Shown here: piece after piece, positions 12,341 to 24,310 of the stretch
How the letters are laid out: the number at the start of each line of letters is the position of its first letter
Position numbering within the stretch: position 1 is the stretch's first letter
Source of the DNA: Lingula anatina
Lineage: Eukaryota; Animalia; Brachiopoda
Direction: 5' to 3'
DNA: 64,000 bases
Assembly: GCA_051362555.1 (NCBI GenBank)
Contig: CM120643.1
Span: 9,796,001 to 9,860,000 of the forward strand
The notes under the pieces: generated by a model
Told to the model about the DNA's origin: nothing
The model's input: the letters and a program-made list of their open reading frames with translations, nothing else
The model's database searches: none
Made by a program: the position numbers and the translations under genes

Positions 12341-14251
12341 ATGCCAGGAAAAGCTCCAGCAATCGGCATTGACTTGGGGACAACCTTCTCCTGTGTTGGT
12401 GTATACCAGCATGGAAAGGTTGAGATCATCGCCAACGACCAGGGCAACCGAACAACACCGAGCTACGTTGCCTTCACAGACAGCGAGAGATTGATCGGCG
12501 ATGCGGCTAAAAATCAAGTTGCCCTCAACCCACAGAATACAGTGTTCGACGCAAAGAGACTGATTGGTCGTAAATTTGATGATCCAGCGGTGCAGGCAGA
12601 CAGCAAACACTGGCCTTTCAAGGTTGTCAATGAAGGTGGTATACCCAAGGTGCAAGTTGAATACAAAGGTGAGACCAAGAAATGCACTCCTGAAGAAATC
12701 AGCTCTATGGTTCTCACTAAGATGAAGGAGACGGCAGAGGCCTACTTGGGTCAGAAGGTCAACGAAGCTGTCATCACTGTGCCAGCCTACTTTAATGACT
12801 CACAAAGACAGGCCACTAAAGATGCTGGTGCCATAGCAGGACTGAAGGTACTTCGTATTATCAACGAGCCAACAGCTGCTGCCCTTGCTTATGGACTAGA
12901 CAAAAAGCTACAGGGTGAGAAAAATGTCCTAATTTTTGACCTGGGTGGTGGCACTTTTGATGTTTCAATCCTGTCCATTGCTGATGGATCCTTGTTTGAG
13001 GTGCGTTCTACAGCTGGTGACACACATCTTGGTGGTGAAGACTTTGACAACAGAATGGTCAATCACTTCATACAAGAATTCAAGCGCAAGTACAAAAAAG
13101 ACATCAGTGGTAACAACAGAGCAATGCGGCGTCTCAGAACAGCATGTGAGAGAGCAAAGAGAACCCTGTCCAGCAGTTCCCAGGCCAACATAGAAATCGA
13201 TTCCCTGTATGAAGGTGTCGACTTTTACTCCAGCATCAGCAGGGCCAGATTCGAAGAACTGTGTGCCGACCTTTTCCGCGCTACTCTTGTACCAGTTGAA
13301 AAGGCTCTCTTGGACGCTAAACTAGACAAGTCACAAATTGCAGAAATTGTCCTGGTGGGCGGGTCTACACGTATACCTAAGATCCAGAAAATGCTGAAGG
13401 ATTTCATGAATGGCAAAGAACTGAACCAGTCCATTAACCCAGATGAGGCTGTTGCTTATGGAGCTGCAGTCCAGGCAGCCATATTGACTGGAGTCCAGGA
13501 TGACACTGTAAAGGACGTGTTGCTCATTGATGTTGTGCCTCTGTCACTGGGTATCGAAACAGCTGGTGGTGTCATGACAAACTTGGTCACCCGCAACACA
13601 CGAATCCCCACCAAGACATCGCAGATTTTCACCACGTATGCTGACAATCAACCAGGGGTCAGTATCCAGGTGTTTGAAGGTGAGAGGGCAATGACCAAAG
13701 ACAATCACAAACTGGGCACTTTTGAGCTAAGTGGCATCCCCCCTGCACCCCGTGGTGTCCCTCAGATTGAGGTGACATTTGACATTGACGCCAACAGCAT
13801 CCTGCATGTGACAGCACAAGACAAGAGCACAGGCAAGTCCAACAACATCACCATTACAAATGACAAAGGCAGACTGTCCAAGGAGGACATTGATCGCATG
13901 GTCTCCGAGGCTGAGAAATACAGCAAAGAAGACGAAATGCAGCGTGAAAAGATAGCAGCTAGAAACAAGTTGGAATCCATGATTTTCAGCTACAGGCAGG
14001 CTGCGGAAGATGGAGCCAGCAAGATTTCCTCCGAGGATAAAGATGCCGTGATGAACAAGTGTAATGATACCATGAAGTGGCTGGACGAGAACTCGCTGGC
14101 CGAGAAGGATGAATTTGAGTACCAGCTGAAAGAACTGGAGAAAGTGTGCTCGCCCATCATGGCGAAGATCCATGGTGCGGGACAGAAAGGAGCGAGGGAG
14201 ACGCCTATGGGAGGTCCACAGGGAGGCCCTACTGTAGAGGAGGTGGACTAA
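12341..14251 (+). CDS. HSP70: Intronless stress-inducible cytosolic heat shock protein 70 (636 aa)
   Basis: Single ORF with [22 protein letters not shown] and [15 protein letters not shown] signatures and C-terminal GPTVEEVD. It has the GSLFEV extra serine seen in invertebrate inducible forms, no introns, and an HSE promoter. Confidence 0.98.
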   Translation: MPGKAPAIGIDLGTTFSCVGVYQHGKVEIIANDQGNRTTPSYVAFTDSERLIGDAAKNQVALNPQNTVFDAKRLIGRKFDDPAVQADSKHWPFKVVNEGGIPKVQVEYKGETKKCTPEEISSMVLTKMKETAEAYLGQKVNEAVITVPAYFNDSQRQATKDAGAIAGLKVLRIINEPTAAALAYGLDKKLQGEKNVLIFDLGGGTFDVSILSIADGSLFEVRSTAGDTHLGGEDFDNRMVNHFIQEFKRKYKKDISGNNRAMRRLRTACERAKRTLSSSSQANIEIDSLYEGVDFYSSISRARFEELCADLFRATLVPVEKALLDAKLDKSQIAEIVLVGGSTRIPKIQKMLKDFMNGKELNQSINPDEAVAYGAAVQAAILTGVQDDTVKDVLLIDVVPLSLGIETAGGVMTNLVTRNTRIPTKTSQIFTTYADNQPGVSIQVFEGERAMTKDNHKLGTFELSGIPPAPRGVPQIEVTFDIDANSILHVTAQDKSTGKSNNITITNDKGRLSKEDIDRMVSEAEKYSKEDEMQREKIAARNKLESMIFSYRQAAEDGASKISSEDKDAVMNKCNDTMKWLDENSLAEKDEFEYQLKELEKVCSPIMAKIHGAGQKGARETPMGGPQGGPTVEEVD

Positions 14252-15843
14252 TCTGAGGAGAAAACAACTGAAAATAATGCTCAATATAAGTTTGTGTTCA
14301 GTAGACTGTACAATGTAAAATGCAACTTAAAGTAACTGAAAAAAAAAGAAAGTAAAACTGATAAAAGAATTGATTTAATGTGTAAAATTAAAAGACAGTT
14401 ATTCTATTAATTATTAAAGTATAAAAAAGGCCAACATACTAGAACTGTGAAATCTTGACCATTTTTGACTAATGCACTTTATTTTGTTTGTTGAAGAAAG
14501 TAGAAATGAAGTAGAATTTTGAACAAGTTGTTGTCTTAAAGAAATTTATCAAGCACCAAAAATTAATGTGGAAGTTGTATTTATTTTATGCTCCAATGAT
14601 CCATGCATTAAAGACTGTTCAATTTAAGACATTAAAGACAGATGTAACTAAATTGTAAAAAGTTCATTTGTAAATACTTCATGTTATTATATCTCATTTG
14701 TTTTATAAAGAATCATGATCAGCAAATTTTTAGAAAAGAACGTGCAATGTATTTGTCTATAAATTTGAATAAAATATTCAAAACTGAAGAAAAACGTTTT
14801 TTTTTATTTGAATATATTCTCCTTGAATAATAAGGATGAATGAAAAAATCTGCATTGAAAGTTGTTTGCTTTTACTGCCTTAAGGATGTTTGATGTAACT
14901 GATTACTCATTTAACAGAAGAATATGTGATCATTGGCCAATTTGGAGTTTTGTTCGGAGGGTGGGTGGAGGGTGTTCTCCCAGCAAAATAAAAATAAAAT
15001 GAGGACAATTCTTCCCTGTGCAGCTAAATAAATGTATAGAAAATAATTTAATCCTCTTCATCTTGTTACATTTCGCAAACCGAGGAAATATTAAGTCAGC
15101 TTTTATTATGACTTATTATTACAATTTTTTTTTGAAGGGGGGGGGGGGGTACGTTAGAAGCTCACGAAAGGGCACTTGCCCACGCTTCCAATCCCTCATG
15201 TGGGAATTCAAATAAAACCAGGCCCGTAGCGTGGAATCTATTAGAGAACCGCTCTCAATTAAAAATTTATCTAGGTCGACTATAAGAATTTTCTTCGATT
15301 TTTTAATCTGCTGGTTACTGGGCTGTATATTAATCAATACAATAATCTTTTCCCTATTAAGCATACACATTCAGAAGTAGTTTTTTAAAAGTTAGTTTCT
15401 GAATTTTAAACAGTAGTCGCCATCTCGGCATCAAGAGCTGTCACTCGGATAACCTATTATGTTTTACGTCTAAATAGTAGCAAAATTCACATTTGCGTAA
15501 TGTTGTGCTTAGGACTAATTGTGGAATGAAAGTAGGCCTACCAGTATCTTTACGGTCTGCATCTTCCCTAACCGCATCACACAATCAATGATCAATTTGG
15601 ACGGTGTTAATTCGTGTCGAGAGGAGCAGAAAGGGAGGAGATCACACTAAAACACGTGCAAAAAAAACCCCCACTTTTCATAGTATTTAACCCTTAATCT
15701 TCTAAATAAACATTTCCATCAACACTCTCATACCGGTGATTTAGCACAGTGACTGAGATGTATTAATCTTTCTACGTCTGTGTCAGATCTGCCAGTGTTA
15801 CAAAATTAATTCTCATTACGTAGTGTTACGTGGCACTCTCAAA

Positions 15844-17801
15844 ATGGGTCTTCTCTCTCAGCTTGTTGCTGTCCTGCTCGTAGCGCGTGGGATTAACGGT
15901 TATTGCTTGCCGAAGCCCGGGGCACACAGGGAAAATGTTTCTGGTAAGTTAAATAAGGCGTGCAGGTCTGCAAGCGGGGGAGGGGTCGCAGTATCTCAGA
16001 AGTAGAACCTCTCTTTGAAATTGCTGACTTAGATCCCATTCCCAAAGATTAGATCGATCCAAACTAGATCGACCTAACTCCCTGGGGGTTCACGCTAAAT
16101 AGCTGTCAGCCGAGCGGGCACGAAAGTAAATTACCCCCATACAGCTTGTAGTAGGAGGGACGGACATTTAAGCTGGATTATCTGACAGTAATCTAGTGAG
16201 ACTCCCCACGGGGATAGATCGATCTAAATGTCTGGGAATACGCCCTTACAGGCCAGTGCAGTCAAATTCCCTCGGTGCTACCAACAGTCTACAAACGCTG
16301 CGGACAGTTATACATCAAAACTAAACCCGGTATTGACTGTACTCCCAATTTGTCTGTTGACTTGTTCCGAGAACTCAGTGTGTTCAAGACGCAGGGGGTT
16401 ACATTTTCTGCCTGGGACAGGTCCTGCTAAGCCCAGTCGATAAAACCCCAAAAACTTATTACTGTTAACGCGTTATTGTATTTTGAATCCTGTAAAAGTA
16501 AACAGTGCAATGTTATGTATTATATATGCCTTTTTCATACTTTCTACACCAGACTGAGCTGGTGAAAATGTACAGAAATAAAGAATTGTAACAAAAGTAA
16601 TGATAATAATAATAATAAAATACATAGATGAATAGCGCCAAAATTATGTATCTAGAAGTGTACCATTATTATACATATGTTGCAGGCCAGATTGAAATCC
16701 AGGCTGGTGTAAAATCGACCATAATCAAATTTTATTTGTTGCAAGCCAGATTGAAATCCAGGCTGGTGTAAAATTGACTATGGTCGATTTTACACCAGCC
16801 TGGATTTCAATCTGGCCTGCAACACATACATGTTCAGTATTTTATAATCATGTTATGTCACTCCTCTATATACGTCTGTCAAAATACAATATATAAGTCT
16901 AAGACAGATTATTAGGTCCTTGAATAACTTCTTTTAAATGCTGGGGTCTTGCTAAGAAAAAAGTGACGTCACTTACTTTACTTACCTTAATTGTCACTTA
17001 GATTTACACTTTAACCCAAACCTACACATTGTCTTATTGAGTTACTGGTAGATGATGACGCAGTAAAAAGTTTTCGTCTGTAATTTCAGTCGAACCAGAC
17101 GGTTCTGTGAAAGTTACCAACTATTGCGAGTACAGGGGGGTGATTCTGTCCCTCGGAGACACTACAAAGTTCCCGGATGAGTGCATCAGGTGCACTTGTC
17201 ATGACATGGAACTCAGCTGCTGTGTGTGAGTGACGTCACTTTGATTTGCGGCGCCACTAATGACGTCACCATCATTTCAACACGTAAAAGTAGTTTGTTT
17301 GTTTGTTTTTTTGTCTAATATCCCCTGGTTTCTCCGATTGGTCTGTTATAATATTTAGCCAACTTAGTAACTGATTCTTAGTTTTTTTTTAATTCACCCA
17401 AATATTTTATCGTGTCTTATTATATATACCATAGGCCAGTAGGTGTACTTGTGGTTCGCAGGTTTGAAATTGTAACAATATCCTATAAAAATGACACTTA
17501 ATTCATTATGTCTCATGCAGGGTTAATTTTCTCCATCCATAATTATTGGCACAGACTTTTAAAATAGTTCATCTATTTTAAATATACTTCTTAACACAGA
17601 CAGAAGGCACCAAGAAGGACTCGTGATCATTCTCCGATTTCTCAATTAATCGGTTCTTCCAGGTACGGCACCAGAGCGGGATCCAGAGTAATTTCTGTGC
17701 AGGGTTGCAAGCTGATAAATGGACCGAACTGTTCTTCTCTGTTGGTCAAGGAAAGTGACCCTACCAAAGATTGCTTCACCGGACAGTCCATTGATGGATA
17801 A
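15844..17801 (+). CDS. Secreted beta-microseminoprotein (PSP94)-like 10-Cys protein, copy A (124 aa)
   Basis: Exons 15844-15943, 17090-17225 and 17663-17801 (phases 1, 2) give MGLLSQLVAVLLVARGINGYCLPKPGAHRENVSVEPDGSVKVTNYCEYRGVILSLGDTTKFPDECIRCTCHDMELSCCVYGTRAGSRVISVQGCKLINGPNCSSLLVKESDPTKDCFTGQSIDG*. This is a signal peptide plus a C..C..CxxCxC..CC..C..C..C pattern. Confidence 0.82.
16032..16245. mobile_element. PIF/Harbinger-like MITE, TTA target duplication
   Basis: Imperfect TIRs (attccca.a..ttagatcgatc / gatcgatctaaatgtctgggaat) flanked by TTA...TTA. It is absent at the paralogous site in copy B (gaaactgctggTTTAcaggccag, ~19531-19552). Confidence 0.75.
16678..16824. repeat. Direct-plus-inverted repeat (A-A-A') foldback inside a 340-bp copy-A-specific segment
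   Basis: tgttgcaggccagattgaaatccaggctggtgtaaaatcgaccat occurs twice direct and once inverted. The segment is bounded by ATGTTATGT (16510-16518 and 16850-16858), which occurs once in copy B. Confidence 0.8.
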
Positions 17802-18690
17802 TGATATACTAAATATAGTTGCGGATTATAATGATACATTATCAACATCTTTAATGATTTTTCTTCTTTAATCGCAGACGTCTTTAATCACCATTTCAAA
17901 ATCAGCTTTGTTTCAACTTGGAAAACTTTCTTTTCGTTTCTCCAACATACCGGAGCGAATTATAATTGTCGTTTTTGCCAAATTAAATCTGTCAAGGAAA
18001 TAATTAACGATATACGCAAAATCATATAACGACCTGATTTTATACTAATAAATGCTAAAATGCTATTGTAGGTCGATCTGCCTCTTATTCTTCGAGTTCA
18101 TTTCCATATAATTCTGTCAGCTTATATATTTATTTGTTTATTGTTGTCTGTTTTCCAAGAATGATGTACTAGTGATGTGCAGTGGCCAAGCTGTCGTCTC
18201 AGCAGTACGAATGCTGACACCCCATCACACCGACCCCATTAACAAATCCAAGTAGGCCTACGTTGTATTTCTCGGGTTTCGAGCCCCTTTAAAAAACATT
18301 TAAAAAATAAACGTTCATTAATTTCAATACAAAATGACGCCAATGGAACATTTTTTTTTCTCATTTAGGACCCCTCCCCCTTATTGATATTCCGGTTTTG
18401 CCAACCATTTGCTGACAGGATGAATCCGTAGTGCTGTAAAAACAAAGCACGGGTAATGCAGCTTATAAAAACTTCATTTCCTTTCTGACCTAAATGCTGT
18501 AACCGACCTATTGAAACACGGGAAATAAACAATACAAATCGCATTAAATATTTTAACCATGTATACGTGCGGTTAATTGGAGACTAATGAAATACCCCCC
18601 CCCCCCCCCCACCGCCCCCACTCCCCACCGTATAACTTTCACGACTCGTTACGGTTAAACATCATAATGGAATTTACTTTTTAAAATTCA

Positions 18691-18768
18691 CTCTATGGTT
18701 CTCACTAAGATGAAGGAAACAGCAGAGGCCTACTTGGGTCAGAAGATCAACGAACCTGTCATCACTGT
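18691..18768 (+). pseudogene. 78-bp HSP70 coding fragment at the duplication junction
   Basis: Matches HSP70 12703-12780 with 4 substitutions ([26 protein letters not shown]), then jumps to sequence homologous to 15262. Confidence 0.92.
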
Positions 18769-19347
18769 AAGTGACAAAATTTTATCTAGGTTCTATGGAA
18801 TTTCTCAAGTTTGGTCAACTTTAAGAATTTTTTCTATTTTTTTTTTAATCTGCTGGCCTGTATTTAAATCAATACAATAATCTTTTCCCTATTAAGCATA
18901 CACATTCAGAAGTAGTTTTTTTTATCAGTTTCTGGATTTTGAGCGGTGGACTCCATCTCGACAGCAAGAGCTGTACATGTCACTCAAATAACCTATTTTC
19001 TTTTAGGTCTAAATAGTGGCAAAATTCACATTTGCGTAATGTTGTGCTTAGTACTGATTGCAGAATGAAAAAACATCTTCCTTAATCGCATCAAACAATC
19101 ATGATAATTTTGCACGGTGTTAATCCGTGTCGTGAGGAGCAGATAAGGGGGAGATCACACTGAAACACGTGCACAAAACCCACTTCACATAATATTAACC
19201 TTAAATCTTCTAAGTAAACAATTCCAGCAACGTTCTCATGATTAAGCACAGGGACTGAGATGCATTTATCTTTCCTCGTCTGTGTCAGATCTGCTAGTGT
19301 TAAATTGTTAATACTCAGTACGTAGTGTTACGTGGCACTCTGTCAAA

Positions 19348-19905
19348 ATGGGTCTTCTCTTCCAGCTTGTTGCTGTCCTGCTCGTAGCACGTGGAATTAG
19401 CGGTTATTGCTTTGCGAAGTCTGAGACACACAGAGAAAATGCTTTTGGTAAGTTAAATAAGGCGTTTATAAAGCAGGTCTGCAAGCGGGGAAGGGGGTCA
19501 AAACATTTGAGAAGTAGAACCTCCTCTTTGAAACTGCTGGTTTACAGGCCAGTGCAGTCAAATTTCCACGGTGCGACCAATTTCTTTGGACAGTTATACA
19601 TGTTTATCAAACTAAATCCGGCATATAGACTGTACTCGCAACTTGTCTGTTGGCTTGTTCCTTGAACTCGGTGTGAGAACGCAGGGGGTTACATTTTCTG
19701 CCTGGGATGGGTCTGTGGCGCGCTGGGTCGACAAAACCCCGTAAACTTGCTGTTAACGCGCTTTATATTGTTTTGAATCCTGAAAAAGTAGTTATAAACA
19801 GTGCGATGTTATGTCACCTCCTCTATCTACGTCTGTCAAAATGTCAGTCTAAACTCTTAGACAGATTATTAGGTCCTTGAATTAAATGATGGGGTCCTGC
19901 TTAGT

Positions 19906-19938
<33 letters not shown>

Positions 19939-20718
19939 GTTACTTAGATTTACACTTTAACCCAAACTTACACATTGTCTTATTGAGTTACTGGTAGATG
20001 ATAAGGCAGTAAAATTAAGTTTCCACCTGAATTTCAGTCGAACCAGACGGTTCCGTGAAGGTTACCAACTATTGCGAATACAAGGCGAAGATTCTGTTTC
20101 CTGGAGACACTGCTAGGTTCCCGGATGAGTGCATCAGCTGCACCTGTGAAGACTGGGGACTCAGCTGCTGTGGGTGAGTGACGTCACTTGCGGCGCCCCT
20201 TATGACGTTACCAACATTTCAATATTTAAAAGTTCTATCTTTGTCTAATATCTTCTGTTTTTTTCTGTTAGTCTGTTCTAAATTTTAGTCAATTTAAGTA
20301 TAACTGATTCCCAATCTAATTAAATTCACCCAGATATTATATTTTTATATACCATGCCAGTATAGGTGTACATGTGGCTCGCAGGTTTGGACAATTGTAA
20401 CATATTCCTATAAAACTGATACTTCAATATCTTATGCAAGATTAATTTACTCCATTCAAACTAATTGACACAGACTTAAGATATATAGATTGTCTTTTTA
20501 AAAATACTTCTCAACACATCCAGAAGGCACCAACAAGAAGAACTCGTGATCATTCTTTGATTTCTCAATTAATTGTTATTTTCAGGTACGGCTCCAGCGC
20601 GGGAGTAATTTCTGTGCAGGGTTGCAAGCAGATAAAGGGACCCAACTGTTCTTATCTGCTGGTCAAGGAAAGTGACCCTACCAAAGATTGCTTCACCGGA
20701 CAGTCCATTGTGGGATAA
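19348..20718 (+). CDS. Secreted beta-microseminoprotein (PSP94)-like 10-Cys protein, copy B (122 aa)
   Basis: Exons 19348-19447, 20038-20173 and 20586-20718 give MGLLFQLVAVLLVARGISGYCFAKSETHRENAFVEPDGSVKVTNYCEYKAKILFPGDTARFPDECISCTCEDWGLSCCGYGSSAGVISVQGCKQIKGPNCSYLLVKESDPTKDCFTGQSIVG*. All 10 Cys and all splice sites are intact. Confidence 0.82.
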
Positions 20719-21782
20719 CGACATGAAATATGTAGATTTAGTTGCAGATTAAGCTTAAATAAAACAGTCTACACACGTACTTAACATCTAAAATGATTAT
20801 TCTCTCATAATCGAGGAAAGATTTTCATAATTTTAAAAGAAATTTTAAAGAAAGCTCAATCTCAACTAACAAAACTTTCTACGGTTTCTTAAACATAGGC
20901 CTATATACCAGTCATACCGAAGCTAATAATCATTACCAACTTTAACTTGTCAAGGGAATAAAGAAATACGCAAAATTATATATTACGATATAATTTTTAT
21001 TTCAATACAGACTAATAGGCTGTTGCAGATCGACCTGTCTTTCATTTACCGAGTCCTTTCCATATAGATCTGTTGGCTCTTTGTTTGTTGTTGTGTAGCT
21101 GTATTCTGAGAAAGGTGAAATGTGCAGGGGCATGAAAGCTGACCCCCCCCCCCCCCCCCAATTCGCCACTGCCTTTTATATAACCGCTTAAATGAACGTT
21201 CATTAATTGCAATACAAAACGACGCCAATGGAACAGTTTTTCTCACTGAGGACCCCTTCCCCCTATTGATATTCTGGTTCTGCCAACCATTTGCTGACAG
21301 GATGAATCCGCAGTGCTGTAAAAACAAACAAAACACGGGAAACGTAGTTTCATTTCCTTTCTGACCTAAATATACTGTACTGTAACCGACCGTTTGAAAT
21401 ACAGGAAATAACCCGAATCGAATTAAAATTCTATAAACACGCACAGTTAATTTATATCTTTAGATCGAGTTATTTGATTTTGACTATATTTAGTGCTAGA
21501 TATCAGTTACGGTTTAGAATCATTGCAGACTGTGTAATTTGACGTCGCGTTCACTTCATAAAATTCATGCAGACCATTCAGTTCAGCATAAATACAGTTT
21601 ATATTACAGCGCTTACACGCTAAACCAGTGATAAACGTGCGCGTATTTCGTGAGGAGAAACATTATCGGTGTCTAATATTCTCTGCATTGGCGCCTCGTT
21701 TTCGTTAGTATATCAGTACATAAACAAACGCTGTTATCGAGGTCGTTTCTTTAAGATCGCTACTCCACATCAAGTTGCAGAC

Positions 21783-24310
21783 ATGGCAGCAGCTTTCTTT
21801 CTGGTAGCGGTCTTGGGTCCACTTTTATCTCAGGTAATATTGAAATCCAACCGTCTGATGACCAGTGAATGATGCACAGTGGGCATATAGGCGTGTAACG
21901 ATTAACATGTCATTTTAAAGCTGTTTCAAAATTCAGAATAACGAGAAAACTTAGTGAAGGTTTTGGTTCGGTGTATTTGTGTACACGTGGCAAATCTCTG
22001 AAACGGGTGTTAAGCCTTCTAGCCGGTTTAGCCTTATGAAAAAGGAAAATAAGCAATGCATTAATGGTGGGTAGGGCCTAATATTTCTAATTGCACAACA
22101 GCATGGAAGATAAACTGTCTTGCAATGGAAAAAAATTAAGACAACGCATTTATATAAGACGTGGCATGAGAGGCCCAATTTTGACACGTCAAAACCAGCT
22201 TCCACGTCAACACAAGGCGCAAGGGTTTTTTTACGTTTGTATTTAGTTGGTTTTAAGGAATTTTAATAATTGTTCTGTCGAATAATGATGGAATAATATA
22301 ATGTTTATTTAAGATTATGAATGCAGAATGAGTTGCAGTATTATTTACGATAATTAATTCGCTGTTGAAATGAAAAGCTAGCTGTTGCTGAGAACAGGAA
22401 TAATTCCCTGCTGAGATTGAATCCCCGGTTTAGCTAAGTCAATTCAATGCACATGTATGTGTTTGGATTCATCAACTCACATTTTTTTTTGATATACAAA
22501 GTATATACGCCATCAGGATATATTGTAAACTCTGTGAAGCATCTTTTGGTAGAAAATTGTTCTGGAAATATTTTAGGCTAAAGATACCCTTACAGTGACA
22601 AAGGCAGCCTACTTTGACATTGAAATTGGGGGAGAAAAAGCTGGAAGAATTGAGATTGGCCTTTTTGGAAACACTGTTCCTAAGACAGTAGAAAACTTTG
22701 CCCAACTGTCTTCTGGCCAGAATGGGTATGGATACAAGGGTAGCAAGTTTCACAGAGTGATAAAAGATTTCATGATTCAGGGTGAGTATAACATAGTAAA
22801 AAAAAAAAAAAAAAAAAGCATCCGCTTAAAATAAAGTGACTAATATAGCATAGATTGGTTTATTAACACCTCCAGTGAAGCAGTTGTGAAACATGTTTGA
22901 AGTGGAAATTACATAATTTAAGACAGGTTTCAAACTCTGTAAGGATTTTATAAATTTTAGGACAAAGGTGGCAATATTACAGTAGATAAATCAGTTTTTT
23001 TCTTTTCAAGAGTAAATGACTGTAAAGATGACCAGAAGAAAATGAATGTTTTAATAGAAATAGAAAAATCAGCAGACTCATTATTTTGACAATTAATAAC
23101 AAGTGTTTTTAAATTTATAGTATACCTGCTTTGAAAGTAGTTAAGTCATGCAGTGACCAGCGTGTGTAAAGGAGTTTGGAAACAAATTTCTTCGGTTCAT
23201 TAAACCATGTCAGCAGGGTTTGTATCATTGAAAAATGATAAAATTCTGGAGAAATCTTTTGTGTTCTTACTATACTATGTCCCCATTTTGTATTAAATAT
23301 TATATTTGAGCTTATATATATATTTTTTATCTCAGAAGTACTATTGCATCATTAATGAATAAAAACAGAAAATTTTATTTACGTATTTATCTGATTATTT
23401 CTTTACTTATACTGCTTTACTCATGTTTAATATTGAGTGATCATTTCATATCTTGCTATAGATTGCCCATAGGGAGAGAAAATTTCAAAATCCTATCATT
23501 GATTTGGGAAATATTTCTTCCAGGTGGGGACTATGATAAGGGAGATGGGACAGGAATCAAGAGTATATATGATGGCACATATTTTGATGACGAGAACTTT
23601 GATATAGAGCATTATGGGGCAGGCTGGGTGAGCATGGCTAATGCAGGTGAGTTGGAAATCATTAATTTTGGTTTGAATTGTTTAGGTTGAATGTTTATTA
23701 CTTTATATTACGCTTTTGTGTTTAATAGTGGCATTAAGGTCATCATTATATACAGACTTATCAAGTAAAAGAAAAAATTCCTATTCACACATTTAACCCT
23801 CTACACCCATTGTATGGCTCTATAGGTGAAGTTCCACATGCATCACATTTACCACTTTTGCCTAGAATTTTACTGCCCCCTTATCAGACATGAGCCTAGG
23901 TTTCAAAAAATAAAAAAAAAAAAAAAAAAAACACTCTGAACATTAATCATGGGACCCAACATCTAACCTTGACAAATCTCAGGAACCATCAGAATTGAAT
24001 TTAAAAAAATGCAGAATTCCGCTTTTCCGCATAAAAAAGCTCATGTCTGCTTATTATAACCGTTTTCTTCTCTAATTCTACAGGAAAGGACTCCAATGGG
24101 TCTCAGTTCTTCATCACCACAGTCAAGACTCCCTGGTTGAATGGCAAACATGTCGTGTTTGGAGTGGTCACTAAAGGGATGAGCGTGGTTAGGAAGATTG
24201 AGAACTCGAAAACTGACAGCAAAGACAAACCAGAAACGAATGTAGTCATAGCAGACTGTGGTGTGTTGGATGTCAATCCTTACGAGGTCATGAAAAAGGC
24301 AGTGGAGTAA
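21783..24310 (+). CDS. PPIB: Peptidyl-prolyl cis-trans isomerase B-like (secretory-pathway cyclophilin), 201 aa
   Basis: Exons 21783-21833 (signal peptide [17 protein letters not shown]), 22577-22781, 23524-23646 and 24084-24310. Motifs [44 protein letters not shown] and [10 protein letters not shown] are present. Confidence 0.9.
23885..24049. mobile_element. MITE family 1 (CAGACATGAGC TIRs, hAT-like ends), copy 1
   Basis: TIR cagacatgagc...gctcatgtctg, with a homologous copy at 34936-35065. No clear TSD. Confidence 0.75.

Larger units (their letters stand above)
15262..21452 (+). repeat. Tandem segmental duplication (copy A ~15262-18578; copy B ~18776-21452)
   Basis: Upstream region, three exons, both introns and downstream flank align colinearly between the copies. 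Confidence 0.9.

Noticed and set aside
12341-14251. Intronless HSP70 as a retrocopy or horizontal transfer
   Set aside because: Inducible animal HSP70s are typically intronless. It has an intact HSE/TATA promoter, a eukaryotic EEVD end and no poly(A)/TSD scar.
12296-14284. Antisense and alternate-frame ORFs over HSP70 (e.g. 13727..14284, 12296..12655)
   Set aside because: Antisense ORFs are a known by-product of HSP70 codon usage. They have no independent promoter, splice or motif support.
18695-18880. 61-aa ORF as a functional mini-HSP70
   Set aside because: Only ~25 codons are HSP70-derived, the rest is duplicated intergenic sequence, and there is no promoter.
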